A DNA stretch of 64,000 nt from an uncultured Candidatus Saccharibacteria bacterium. Lineage in GTDB: Bacteria; Patescibacteriota; Minisyncoccia; UBA6257; HR35. Numbering within the stretch: the first letter of the stretch is position 1; every line of letters starts with the position of its first letter. The notes under the pieces are model-generated. The model saw only the letters and a list, made by a program, of their open reading frames with translations, ran no database searches and was not told the DNA's origin. Position numbers and translations under genes: made by a program. Shown here in pieces: positions 19,635-29,865 of the stretch. The stretch covers positions 8,564-72,563 of the forward strand of contig CAZZNB010000042.1 in NCBI GenBank assembly GCA_964655375.1. The letters are read 5' to 3'.

Positions 19635-21076
19635 TGAAAAACTAAAATATCACCTATTTCAATATCTGTTTTTGTGTTTATAATTAAACCACAAAGATTT
19701 CCTTCTAAAACTTCCTTTACAGGTATTTTATTAGATTCTAAGCTTATAACTTTTCCTTTGCCTATTATGCTATTATCTCTTATAATAAGAGCTCTATCAT
19801 TTAAAGCTACCTTACCAGAAATTACCTTACCGCCAATTGTCTTTTTTGTAGAAGTTTTGCTAAAAGTCGCTAAAACTTCTAATTTTCCTTTTTCTGGTGA
19901 TTCTGTTCTTTTAATTTGGACAATTTCATTTAAAATATCTTCTAATTCATAAATTACTTTTACATCAATCAAGCTGAGGTTTAATGTTTTAACTTCTTCA
20001 TAAATAGCTTTAGGATTTTTTAGGTTAAAGGAAATTATAATAGAATTCGTATTTTTTGCTAATTTTAAATCTTCTGCAGTAACAATTCCTAAATCTCTTT
20101 TTATGATTTTAATGCCAATTTTTTGTTCTTCAGCAATTTTTCTTAATAATTTTTCGATTCCTTCTAAAGAACCTATAAGATCTGCTTTGATAATTAAAGA
20201 AATATCTAATGTTTTTTCTAGAGGTTCAATAATTATTGGTTTTTTGAAATTTAATTCTATCTCTTGTAATTCTTCTTTGATATTTTTTATGCTTGTTTTA
20301 TCTCCTATCTTAAAAATTTCTCCAGCAATAGGTAAATTTTCAAAAGTACCAATTAAAATAGGTGAAGAAGGCTCAGCATAATTTAAAGGCTTGCCAAATG
20401 GATTTTCAATAAATTTAATTTTTCCATAACTTGATGATGTAATTATGTAATCACCTATTTTAACTTTACCATCTAAAACTATACATCCTGCTAAAATTCC
20501 TCTTCTTGGATCTTTAATAGCTTCTAAAATATATCCTTCACCATCTTTATTTTCATCATATCTAAGCTCTAACATTTCAGCCATTATTAGAATGATTTCA
20601 AGCAAATCATCTATTCCTATTCCTTTTAAGGCTGAAATATTAACTGAAGGAATATCTCCTCCCCAATCTTCTAAAATTACTCCTAAATTACTTAGTTCCT
20701 TTTTTACTTTTTCTGGGTTAGCATTAGGTTTATCAATTTTATTTATAGCTACTATAAAAGGTAAATTGTTATTTTTGATAAGTTCTAATGATTCAATTGT
20801 CTGCGGTTTTACACCTTCATCGGCAGCAATGATTAAAATAGCGATATCAGCAACTTTTGCCCCCTTTTCTCTTAATTTTTCAAAAGCTGCATGACCCGGA
20901 GTATCTATGAAAGTTATTCTTTCTCCTTTGTATTCAATTTCATAAGCACTTACTTTTTGAGTAATTCCTCCTGCTTCTTCTTCGGTAATTTTTGTATTCT
21001 GAATAGTATCAAGTAAAGTAGTTTTCCCATGATCAATATGCCCAAATATTGTCACAATTGGTGGTCTTTTTTTCAT
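19631..21076 (-). CDS. infB: Translation initiation factor IF-2 (short, no N-terminal domain)
   Basis: [36 protein letters not shown]. Confidence 0.96.
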   Translation of the reverse strand: MKKRPPIVTIFGHIDHGKTTLLDTIQNTKITEEEAGGITQKVSAYEIEYKGERITFIDTPGHAAFEKLREKGAKVADIAILIIAADEGVKPQTIESLELIKNNNLPFIVAINKIDKPNANPEKVKKELSNLGVILEDWGGDIPSVNISALKGIGIDDLLEIILIMAEMLELRYDENKDGEGYILEAIKDPRRGILAGCIVLDGKVKIGDYIITSSSYGKIKFIENPFGKPLNYAEPSSPILIGTFENLPIAGEIFKIGDKTSIKNIKEELQEIELNFKKPIIIEPLEKTLDISLIIKADLIGSLEGIEKLLRKIAEEQKIGIKIIKRDLGIVTAEDLKLAKNTNSIIISFNLKNPKAIYEEVKTLNLSLIDVKVIYELEDILNEIVQIKRTESPEKGKLEVLATFSKTSTKKTIGGKVISGKVALNDRALIIRDNSIIGKGKVISLESNKIPVKEVLEGNLCGLIINTKTDIEIGDILVFQ

Positions 21077-21139
21077 GAAGTTATTAAAAATTAATTTGGT
21101 TAATTCAGATTAGACGTTTAATAGTAAAGAATTTTTAAG

Positions 21140-21225
21140 TGCCCGGGGAGGGATTCGAACCCTCACAGGCTTTAAAGCCCACTGGTCCCTAAAACCAGCG
21201 CGTCTTCCAATTCCGCCACCCGGGC
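21140..21225 (-). tRNA. tRNA-Leu(UAG), CCA not encoded
   Basis: GCCCGGG acceptor, CTGGT-TTTAGGG-ACCAG anticodon arm, long variable arm. Confidence 0.96.
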
Positions 21226-21288
21226 AATTTAAAATTCCTTTCAATAAAATTATAAAAAATAAAACTTAAGAACCAAATTTTTTATTAA

Positions 21289-21406
21289 AATATTTTTAAA
21301 CCTTGAACATCCTAAGATGAATTTAAATATTTCAACTGGGACTATAAGGACATATGTTCTTATAGTCCCAAGGTAATATTTTTATTCAAGTACAGAGTTA
21401 AATATT
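21289..21406. ncRNA. Candidate structured ncRNA (6S RNA-like rod) or palindromic DNA site
   Basis: Near-perfect 34-nt palindrome 21337-21370 nested inside AATATT/AATATT and CTTGAA/TTCAAG pairings. Confidence 0.4.
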
Positions 21407-21462
21407 GTAATAAACCTAAAATTTTTCAGAAGTAAATAATTAATATCTTTTAAAATTATTAA

Positions 21463-22464
21463 ATGTATAAAATAGGAACCTGTGGATTACCAAATTCTGG
21501 GAAATCTACATTTTTGAAAACTGTTTCTAAAATAGATTTAGAAATAGGAAATTATCCCTTTACCACAAAAAAGCCTAAAATAGTAACAGCTTTAGTAATT
21601 TCAAAAAATTTATTAGATTTACATGCTATTACAAAAACTAAAGAATTAATTCCTGCTTATTTAGAATTTTCGGATATACCAGGACTTATAAGAGGTTCTC
21701 ATAAAGGATTAGGTTTAGGAAATGAATTTTTAAGTTATTTGAGAGCATGTGATATTATATTGGAAATAGTAAGAAATTTTGAAAGAATAGATGTTCCTCA
21801 TGTAGAAGGTAATATTGATCCAGAAAGGGATATTTTAATAATTGAAGAAGAAATAATTAAATCAGATCAAGTAATCATTGAAGAAGCTATAAAAAAATTA
21901 GAAAAAACTAAAAAAGATAAAGAAAAATTGGAAGCCTTGAAATTTATTTATGAAAAATTAGGACCATTTAAAAGATTTGAAGAATACCAAAGCCAATTGA
22001 AAGAATATAATCTTTTGATAACAAAAAAATGGTTTCTTTTAATTAATGGTAATAAGCAAATAGATTTAAATAAATTCAAAAATTTATGTTTTCATAATGT
22101 TTACCAATTAGATTGTTTATTTGAATTAGAAATAGAAGAAGATGAAGAAATTAAAAAAGAAATAGGTTCAAATATCCAGTGGTTTTTAAATGAATTTCGT
22201 AAAGATATAGACCTGATCGAGTTTTTTACTTTTACTAAAGAAATAACACAAAGCTGGTTTATAGAAAAAAATTCCTCAATTCTTGATTGTGCAAAAAAAA
22301 TCCACTCTGATTTTTATAATAAATTTAAAAGTGCAGAAGTTATTAATTTGGATAATTTTTTAAGTTTTTCAAATTGGGACGAAGCAAAAAGTAGGGGGGC
22401 TATAAAACAAGTAGGCAAAGATTATGTTATTCAAGAAGGTGATATTATTAAAATAATTATTTAA
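21463..22464 (+). CDS. ychF: YchF/Obg-family ATPase
   Basis: GLPNSGKST, NYPFTT, DIPGL..GLGNEFL, IHSDF, GKDYVIQEGDI. Confidence 0.9.
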   Translation: MYKIGTCGLPNSGKSTFLKTVSKIDLEIGNYPFTTKKPKIVTALVISKNLLDLHAITKTKELIPAYLEFSDIPGLIRGSHKGLGLGNEFLSYLRACDIILEIVRNFERIDVPHVEGNIDPERDILIIEEEIIKSDQVIIEEAIKKLEKTKKDKEKLEALKFIYEKLGPFKRFEEYQSQLKEYNLLITKKWFLLINGNKQIDLNKFKNLCFHNVYQLDCLFELEIEEDEEIKKEIGSNIQWFLNEFRKDIDLIEFFTFTKEITQSWFIEKNSSILDCAKKIHSDFYNKFKSAEVINLDNFLSFSNWDEAKSRGAIKQVGKDYVIQEGDIIKIII

Positions 22465-23057
22465 TAATAATAAATAGTTAAAATTACTGTATGCCTTAAG
22501 CCAAAATAATTTTCAGCTTCAAGGACAAATTTATTTGCGCCTTTTTTTAAAATTGCCTCTTTCTCAAAATATCCTTTTTCATCGTAAACAACAATTTCTC
22601 TATTTATAAAAAATTTGCTTCTTGGGTCTACATACCCCTTGATTTTAATAATTTTAGAATAGGAAATTGTATTATTTAGAGGAGAAATTATTTTTATTTT
22701 TGGAGGAATTATTAGAGTGAAAATCTGATATAAAACAAGAATAAGAAAACAAAAAAAGATGATTAGAATCATAGGCACTTCAAATTTAAGCTTATCTTTT
22801 ACAAGTGGTTTTTCCTTGTAAAAATTAACAAAGCTAATATTTCTTTCTTTGATAATTAAATCTTCTTTAGGCTTGAAAAAATCTTTATATTTTTTTAAAA
22901 TTTGTTTCAAAATAAAAGGAGGTAATTTATTAAATTCTCCTTTTTCTAATATTTCTACTTGACTAAGAGTTATTTTTAAAATTTTAGCTAATTCCTCTTT
23001 TGATAAATTAGCATTTTCTCTTAATTCTTTTAAATATTCATTCAATTTCACTTCCAT
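22461..23057 (-). CDS. HTH-TM-Ig-like protein (RodZ-like architecture)
   Basis: XRE-type HTH N-terminus, TM helix, small beta-sandwich; downstream of ftsK. Confidence 0.7.
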   Translation of the reverse strand: MEVKLNEYLKELRENANLSKEELAKILKITLSQVEILEKGEFNKLPPFILKQILKKYKDFFKPKEDLIIKERNISFVNFYKEKPLVKDKLKFEVPMILIIFFCFLILVLYQIFTLIIPPKIKIISPLNNTISYSKIIKIKGYVDPRSKFFINREIVVYDEKGYFEKEAILKKGANKFVLEAENYFGLRHTVILTIYYY

Positions 23058-25143
23058 TTATATTTTCTTTAAATTCTTCTATATTTTCAATTAATATTTT
23101 GCGAGGTTTAGTTCCCTCCTGTGGGCCTACTATTCCTTTTTCTTCTAAAATATCCAAAATTCTAGCTGCTCTTGAATATCCTATCTTTAATTTTCTTTGT
23201 AAAAGCGAAGTAGAAGCCTTCCCTGTTTCTAAAATTATTTGAAATGCAGCTTTAACTAATTCCTCCTCTGTCTCTTCAGTTTCTAAAGTATCTTTTGGTT
23301 TTTCATATTCTTCTAAAGAAATTTCTTCTTTTTCAAAATCTTCTTTTTCTAAAGCTTGTTTTGCCCAAAAATCAACAATCCTTTCTATCTCTTTTTCTGT
23401 AACAAGTGGTGCCTGTATTCTTTTCATGCCGCCAAATATATTACTTATAAAAAGCATATCTCCTGCACCTATTAATTTTTCAGCTCCACTATAATCTAAG
23501 ACAGTTCTTGAATCAACTTGAGAAGCAACTTTGAAACATATCCTATTAGGAATATTAGCTTTGATTAAACCCGTAACAACATTTACTGAAGGCCTTTGTG
23601 TAGCTAAAACTAAATGGATCCCTGTTGCTCGTGCCATTTGAGCTAATCTAACTATAGCAGATTCTATAAGGTTTCCTTGTTTTATCATAAGGTCAGCCAT
23701 CTCATCTATAATAAAGATAATTCTCGGCATTATTTTCCTCTTTTTTTGAATTTGTAACTTATTATAAGAATCAATATCGCGCACTCTATAATTTTGAAAT
23801 TCTTTATATCTTTTTTCCATTTCATCTATCAACCAGTTCATCACTGAAACAACTTTTTTGACATCTAAAATAGGATCCATCAGAAGATGGGGCAAATTTT
23901 CATATCTAACAAGCTCTATCCTTTTAGGATCTACTAATACTAAATTTAAAACTTCTGGTGTGTTTTTCATTAAGAGAGATATTAATAAAGAATGAATAAA
24001 AACTGATTTTCCTGCGCCTGTAGTTCCAGCTATCAAAATATGTGGCATAAGCGCAAGATCCGCATAAAATGGCTCTCCTGTTATTAATCTTCCTAAGGGG
24101 AAAAGTAATAAACTTTCACTTTCCAAAAATTCAGGGTTTTCAATTAAAGATCTTAATCTTACAATTGCTGATTTAATATTTGGAACCTCAATCCCTATTA
24201 AGGCCCTTCCAGGAATAGGAGCTTCCATTCTTATATTTTGGACTGCTAAGGCTAAAGCTAAATCATTTTGCAAAGCTAAAATTTTAGAAAGTTTTACTCC
24301 CTCTGGCGGTTTTATTGCATATCTTGTTACAGTTGGCCCAATTGTAACCTCTACTACCTCTACATTAATTCCAAAATTTTCAAATGTAGTTTTAATAATT
24401 TCTATATTTTCTTTAATATCACCGCTATCAGGCCTGCTTTCTGTTTTATCTAATAAAGAAATAGGTGGTAGTTCCCATGATGTTTTTATTGGCAATTTTT
24501 TCAACCTTATTTCTTCTTTAACTTCTTGTTTTATTTTTGTTGGCCTTATGATTTCCGGAGACTTTGTAATTTCCTTCTTTTCTTTAATCTCCTTCTTTAC
24601 TTCTTTTGTATAATCTTCTATTTCAACTCCCTCCTTTTTGAATCTTTGTAAAATTAAACTTAAAATTTCTGAAAAGGGTTTTTGGAAAATAATACTTAAA
24701 GATATAAATGATAAAATAATTAAAACAATAGCCAACCCTAATCTTCCTAAATAATTTTCAAAAGATAATAACCATTTACCAATAACCCCTCCATCTTGAA
24801 AAATAATTTCAGAAAAAACAGAGAACACTAAAAACAAAACTAAAAGAGCTAGCGAACTACTTATCTTCCAATTAATATTAAATCTTAATAACCAGCTTAT
24901 TCCTAAAAATAGAAATAGTAAAATTAGTCCAAAATGTGATATTCCAAAAATTTTAATAATAAAATTTTTATAATAATTTCCTAAAACTCCGCCCTTATTA
25001 AAGTCTGAAATGACTGTAAAGATTGATAAAAATATAAATAGCCATCCTAAAATCTCTGTAAACAAATAGCTGTCTTTTAATTTATTTAAGGCCTCTAAAA
25101 TCTCTTTTATTTTTTGAGGCTTTTCTTTATTGTTTTTTTTCAT
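23038..25143 (-). CDS. ftsK: DNA translocase FtsK/SpoIIIE
   Basis: TM domain, PHILIAGTTGAGKS, IDEMADLM, LATQRPS, gamma domain LQRKLKIGYSRAAR; start at MKKNN. Confidence 0.96.
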   Translation of the reverse strand: MKKNNKEKPQKIKEILEALNKLKDSYLFTEILGWLFIFLSIFTVISDFNKGGVLGNYYKNFIIKIFGISHFGLILLFLFLGISWLLRFNINWKISSSLALLVLFLVFSVFSEIIFQDGGVIGKWLLSFENYLGRLGLAIVLIILSFISLSIIFQKPFSEILSLILQRFKKEGVEIEDYTKEVKKEIKEKKEITKSPEIIRPTKIKQEVKEEIRLKKLPIKTSWELPPISLLDKTESRPDSGDIKENIEIIKTTFENFGINVEVVEVTIGPTVTRYAIKPPEGVKLSKILALQNDLALALAVQNIRMEAPIPGRALIGIEVPNIKSAIVRLRSLIENPEFLESESLLLFPLGRLITGEPFYADLALMPHILIAGTTGAGKSVFIHSLLISLLMKNTPEVLNLVLVDPKRIELVRYENLPHLLMDPILDVKKVVSVMNWLIDEMEKRYKEFQNYRVRDIDSYNKLQIQKKRKIMPRIIFIIDEMADLMIKQGNLIESAIVRLAQMARATGIHLVLATQRPSVNVVTGLIKANIPNRICFKVASQVDSRTVLDYSGAEKLIGAGDMLFISNIFGGMKRIQAPLVTEKEIERIVDFWAKQALEKEDFEKEEISLEEYEKPKDTLETEETEEELVKAAFQIILETGKASTSLLQRKLKIGYSRAARILDILEEKGIVGPQEGTKPRKILIENIEEFKENINGSEIE

Positions 25144-25159
25144 AAAAATATTATAAAAC

Positions 25160-25256
25160 TTGACAAAAAAATATATAAGCTTTAAAATTTTATTAGAAAT
25201 TTGAAATTTAGTTATCCACAATTAAAACTTGACTTTTAAAATATATGCCTTATAAT
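25160..25256 (+). promoter_or_regulatory. Tandem sigma70 promoters with an intervening DnaA box, upstream of the surface protein gene
   Basis: TTGACA-17-TAAAAT (25160-25188); TTATCCACA 25212-25220; TTGACT-16-TATAAT (25229-25256). Confidence 0.65.
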
Positions 25257-25373
25257 TATTCTAAATAACAATTAAGGTCGCAATTAAATAATTAAATTAA
25301 TAAATTGATTAACAAATAACCTACGCTCGTGCCCATAATTGTGGCAGAGCAATAAGGTCGATTAAAAAATAAT

Positions 25374-27335
25374 ATGGAAATGAAAAAATCTTTAGTTTAC
25401 CTTGTAGCCTTTGCTACTTTATTTTATTTTCTATCACCAGTCGGTTTATTAAAAGCACAAACTTGTGATCCAGACGCTTTAAGCGCTGTTAAAAATCCTC
25501 AAAATGTTTTAAGGTTTGGTGCAAGAAATTCAGCAGTTAGAAACTTACAAGCTTGTTTAATAGAAGCAGGATATAATATTCCTGCAGGTGCTACAGGCTA
25601 TTATGGTACTCAAACAAGAAGTGCAGTAAAAGAATTTTATGCGGAATGGTATGGAGCATGGCATGGAAATTGGGTAGGTCCTCAAGGAGTAAGTCAACTT
25701 GTAAGTCTTGTTAAAGGTGTACAAGAAGAAGTTGTAACAGAACAACCTGAACAACCAACAACAGGAATTTCACCAGATTTATTAGCTCAAGTATTACAAA
25801 AAATTCAGGCTGGTGATATTCAAGGAGCTTTAAGCTTATTATTAGCTGCCTTAGGAGGTGCTCAACTTCCTCCAACAACACCTGAACAACCTACAGCTGA
25901 GCAACCAACACAACCTGAGCTTGCAGGAGAAGCAACAGTAGAAGTTAGGCTAGCAGCAGTTCCAGGTGGTGGTGTGGTTATAAAAGAAGGTGAATCAGCT
26001 GATGTTTTAGGTGTTAGAGTTATTTCTAAAAATGCACCTTCTGAAGTTCAAAGATTAAGAATGGTTTTGACCTCTAATGTAGTACCTACAAAATTGTTCA
26101 ATTCCTTTGATCTATATGTTGGTAATGAAAAAGTTGCTTCTCTTCCTGCAAATGAATATAATCGAACTGACGTCTCAACATATGAATACACATTTACAGG
26201 CTTAAAAGTAAGAGTACCTGCTAATGGAGAAGTAACTTTAGTTGTAAGAGTTAATGTCAACCCAACAGTAGATAGCGGAGATATTAATAATGCTGGTACC
26301 TTATCTTTAGAAGTTAGAAGTGGCGACTTAAGAGCTGTAGATGGCGCTGGAATTCAACACACTCCTAGCGTAACTGGTACAGTAAAAAGAGAGTTTTCTG
26401 TAGAAAAAATCACTCCATCTGGAGTAGCTTTAGTAATCTACAAAGATCAAGCATCACCTGCTTCAAATAATTTTGCTGCTGATGCAAACAGAGATGTTAA
26501 AAATGTAGAACTTGTAAGATTTGTTTTAAGAGCAGATAATGATACTCTAAAGGTATTAAAAATAGAAATTCTTCCTACTTTTAGTAACTTAACTGTATCT
26601 TCTCTTAAGTTAGTTGATGCTAATGATAATACTATTGATAGTGTAACTAATGTTACTTCTGGGACAACCACTGAATTTGCTGCAGTAGATTTTGCTACTC
26701 CATTAATAACTATTAATAAAGATCAAAAAGTTGTTTTGAAAGTTGTGGGTGACTTAAAAGTTGATCAAAGTCTAGCTACTGAAACACCAGCTACCATTCA
26801 AGTGACAGTAACAGCAGCTGAAGCAGAACGAGCATCAGATCAAGGCGGTCAACCTTCTACTGGTAGTGCTACAGGAGATACTCAATATATCTATAGGGTA
26901 GTAGCTGCTCAGTGGAAAGTATTAGAAGCTTTAGCTTCTGCTACAAGGGGTGAAAATGAGCCCACTTCTACATTAAATGCAGTCTTTAAAGTTCAAATAA
27001 CTGCTCAAAGAGGCGATGTATATATCCCTCAAAGTGGTGCCTTTACTGCTTCATCTACAGGAGCAGCTACAGTCGATATGGGAAGCCCAGATGTTACTCC
27101 AATTAGCGGAGTTGAAACTAGTGGTGCCTATTACGTAGTTAGAAATGGAAATACTGGTGTATTAGAAGTAAAATTTGCTAAGACACCAGATTCATGGACT
27201 CCAGGATGGTATCAAGTTAAATTAAATACTATGAAGTGGGATAATGACGAGACTCCTAGTACAGAAATGTCTACAACTTTCCCAGGAACTGTTGAAACTA
27301 AGACTCTAACAAATTCTGTGTATATTTCTAAGTAA
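25374..27335 (+). CDS. Secreted surface protein with peptidoglycan-binding-like domain and beta-rich body (S-layer-like); start may be 25380
   Basis: Signal peptide (..LKA/Q), LRFG...VRNLQ.CL...TGYYGTQT.SAV..F, Thr/Val-rich Ig-like C-terminal region; strong promoters and terminator. Confidence 0.75.
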   Translation: MEMKKSLVYLVAFATLFYFLSPVGLLKAQTCDPDALSAVKNPQNVLRFGARNSAVRNLQACLIEAGYNIPAGATGYYGTQTRSAVKEFYAEWYGAWHGNWVGPQGVSQLVSLVKGVQEEVVTEQPEQPTTGISPDLLAQVLQKIQAGDIQGALSLLLAALGGAQLPPTTPEQPTAEQPTQPELAGEATVEVRLAAVPGGGVVIKEGESADVLGVRVISKNAPSEVQRLRMVLTSNVVPTKLFNSFDLYVGNEKVASLPANEYNRTDVSTYEYTFTGLKVRVPANGEVTLVVRVNVNPTVDSGDINNAGTLSLEVRSGDLRAVDGAGIQHTPSVTGTVKREFSVEKITPSGVALVIYKDQASPASNNFAADANRDVKNVELVRFVLRADNDTLKVLKIEILPTFSNLTVSSLKLVDANDNTIDSVTNVTSGTTTEFAAVDFATPLITINKDQKVVLKVVGDLKVDQSLATETPATIQVTVTAAEAERASDQGGQPSTGSATGDTQYIYRVVAAQWKVLEALASATRGENEPTSTLNAVFKVQITAQRGDVYIPQSGAFTASSTGAATVDMGSPDVTPISGVETSGAYYVVRNGNTGVLEVKFAKTPDSWTPGWYQVKLNTMKWDNDETPSTEMSTTFPGTVETKTLTNSVYISK

Positions 27336-27354
27336 GTTTTTGGTAGTTTTTTGC

Positions 27355-27393
27355 ACTAAAGGCCCCGGCTAACAACGCCGGGGCCTTTAGTTT
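27355..27393 (+). terminator. Intrinsic terminator
   Basis: ACTAAAGGCCCCGGC-TAACAAC-GCCGGGGCCTTTAGT-TT. Confidence 0.88.
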
Positions 27394-27672
27394 CATATTT
27401 AAAAAATATATAAATTTTAAACTTAAAATAATCAGCACGCTACAATTAATTTATAAAAAAAGAATTACCTCACATCAAAGAAAAAAATTATTTACATCTA
27501 ATAAAATTAAAAAATATAATGAAATTTTAATTCCATAAACTTGTTAATTGGAATAAATCAAGTTTATTTCCTTTGTTTCCAATGTTCTTTCATAAAACAA
27601 AAGATTTTATAGATTAGAAAATTTTTATCAAATAAGGTTTTGTAGAAATATAAAAACTTTTATAATTAAATA

Positions 27673-29739
27673 ATGACTAAAGAGGAAAAAACAATTTTAT
27701 TTTTAATAAAAATAATTCTTTTTTTAGTACCTTTTAGTTTAGTTTTAGTTTGCCCTGGTTCTTTTTGTTCCTTTAATTTATTTTTCCCATATATAACAGG
27801 GAAAGCTATTTATTTCAGAATCTTGATTGAAATAGCCTTTGCCTTAACTTTAATTTTGATTATCAAAAATATTAATTATCTTCCTAAAAAAAATGAATAT
27901 ATCTTTTGGGCAGCAATAATTTTAGTCTTAGTAAATCTTTTTTTAATTCCTTTTTCTTTAAGGCCCTACTTATCTTTTTGGGGGAATGCTGAGAGGATGG
28001 AAGGTTTTTGGGGGTTATTGCATTTTGTTTTGTGGTTTTTAGTTTTATATATAGTTTTTAGAATAGATCCTGAATTTAAAAAAACAATTTTTTATTCTTT
28101 ATTAATCGTTCATTATATAGTTTCACTAAAAGAAGTATCTCAATACCTTCAAGGAATAAACCGCCCCGATTCAACTTTTGGCAATGCTACTTTTGTAGGG
28201 TTTTTCTCTGTTTTAATGTTTTTTATCTCTTTATACTTTTTAAAAAATTCAACTACTCTCGAGAAATTTTTAATATTTATTGCTATCGCTTTTTCAATTG
28301 GTAATATTATTATTTCAGAAACCAGAGGATCGATCTTGGCTTTAGGTATAGCTATACCAATAGCTCTTCTTTATTATTTCTTAACTTCTAATACAAAGCT
28401 TAGTTATAAAGTTTTATTATTACTTTTAATATTTTCTTTTTTAATATTTGCTTATTATTTTGTTAATTCTGAATATGCAAAATATATTCCTGGAATAAGA
28501 AGAATTTATGATACTTTTAGAGATCCAAGAGCTTATATGGCAAGATATTTAGCTTGGAGTATATTTATAAATGCCTGGAAAGAGAAACCTATTTTAGGGT
28601 ATGGATTAGAAAATTCACCTATAGCCTATTTTAAGGCTTTCAACCCTGAAATTTATAATTATGAAGAAGTTATTTTTGATAGACCTCATAATAAATATAT
28701 AGAAATTTTAGTAACTACAGGAATAATAGGAGCATTAATTTGGTTTATATTTATTCTCGCTATATTTTATGCAATTTTTATAAATCTTAACGATAGATAT
28801 TTAAAGGCAGTTATTTTAGGATTTATTTTAGGTTATTTAGGACAAAATATTACTTTATTTGATATTCAAGCAAGTTATATTCCTTTTTTCTTCGGTCTTT
28901 CTTTATTAGCTCCTAAAATAAATTTCATAAAAGAAAGAAAAAGCTATGAGAGATTATCCTTAACTGTTTTGATCTATGGACTGTTGGTTATAGGAATTAT
29001 TATTAATTTAATGCATTTTTATTTTGTTTATGAAATTATAAAAGCTGTTCAAGCTCAATATCCAAATGGTTTAGAAAAATTCGAAAAGCTAATTTCTTAT
29101 AATACACAATTTATTCCTGAAATAGCAGTAATGACAAGTAGATATATAGAAGCTAACATAGCTAAAATAAGGTTCATAGATGAAGTAAATAGGATTACAA
29201 AAATTTATATTAAAGCCTTAGAAAAAGATCCATATGATGCAAGAATTTACAATATTTTAACTTTTCATTTAAGTAGGGTTGTAAATGCAAAAAGACTTAG
29301 CAATTTAGAGTATCAAGACGATCTAAGGTTGCTTTATGCAATATTTAATAAATATATAGAAATTTATCCTAAATACCCTGATATTCGGATGCAATATGCT
29401 GGTGTTTTACAATCTTTAGGTGAAATGGATAAGGCAAAAGAAATTTTAGAAAATCTTAAAATAACTTATAGAGATTCAACAAGAATCATTTTTCTTTTAG
29501 CTAATTTATATTATCAGATAGGTGAAAAAGAAAAAGCTTTGGAGCTTTTAAGAGAAAATTTTGCACGGAAATTTTATCCTCAAACACCAGTTCAATATCT
29601 TATTGCCATAAGAATCTTAAAAGAGACAGAAAATTTAGACGAAGCTTATAAGTTAATAGAGGAATATAAAAACAAGTTCAAAGATGCAGATTCTATAGAA
29701 ATTCTTAATCAAATTTTAAAACAAAATAAAAATCCTTAA
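27673..29739 (+). CDS. O-antigen ligase/O-oligosaccharyltransferase family membrane protein with TPR-like C-terminus
   Basis: Many TM helices, STFGNA, ETRG, R...W...KPILGYG.EN, DRPHN.YIE..GIIG. Confidence 0.85.
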   Translation: MTKEEKTILFLIKIILFLVPFSLVLVCPGSFCSFNLFFPYITGKAIYFRILIEIAFALTLILIIKNINYLPKKNEYIFWAAIILVLVNLFLIPFSLRPYLSFWGNAERMEGFWGLLHFVLWFLVLYIVFRIDPEFKKTIFYSLLIVHYIVSLKEVSQYLQGINRPDSTFGNATFVGFFSVLMFFISLYFLKNSTTLEKFLIFIAIAFSIGNIIISETRGSILALGIAIPIALLYYFLTSNTKLSYKVLLLLLIFSFLIFAYYFVNSEYAKYIPGIRRIYDTFRDPRAYMARYLAWSIFINAWKEKPILGYGLENSPIAYFKAFNPEIYNYEEVIFDRPHNKYIEILVTTGIIGALIWFIFILAIFYAIFINLNDRYLKAVILGFILGYLGQNITLFDIQASYIPFFFGLSLLAPKINFIKERKSYERLSLTVLIYGLLVIGIIINLMHFYFVYEIIKAVQAQYPNGLEKFEKLISYNTQFIPEIAVMTSRYIEANIAKIRFIDEVNRITKIYIKALEKDPYDARIYNILTFHLSRVVNAKRLSNLEYQDDLRLLYAIFNKYIEIYPKYPDIRMQYAGVLQSLGEMDKAKEILENLKITYRDSTRIIFLLANLYYQIGEKEKALELLRENFARKFYPQTPVQYLIAIRILKETENLDEAYKLIEEYKNKFKDADSIEILNQILKQNKNP

Positions 29740-29760
29740 TTTTAATAGAAAATAAAAGTA

Positions 29761-29789
29761 TTGACATTTAAAAATTCATCGATTATAAT
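29761..29789 (+). promoter_or_regulatory. Consensus sigma70 promoter of rpoBC
   Basis: TTGACA-17 bp-TATAAT. Confidence 0.75.
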
Positions 29790-29865
29790 TTTAGTATATA
29801 ATCTTATTTTTTAATGAAAAAATAAATATTTTTTCTAGTATAAAGCTTTTATTCAAAAAGTTTAT

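Noticed and set aside
21337-21370. Palindrome as a canonical dif site
   Set aside because: The ATAA/TTAT inner motifs are 12 bp apart, not 6; kept only as an alternative explanation.
25144-25373. Replication origin
   Set aside because: Only one DnaA box and no dnaA/dnaN; promoters explain the region.
27394-27660. AT-rich 270-bp gap as a small gene or ncRNA
   Set aside because: No credible ORF with a start codon, and only weak A/T pairing.
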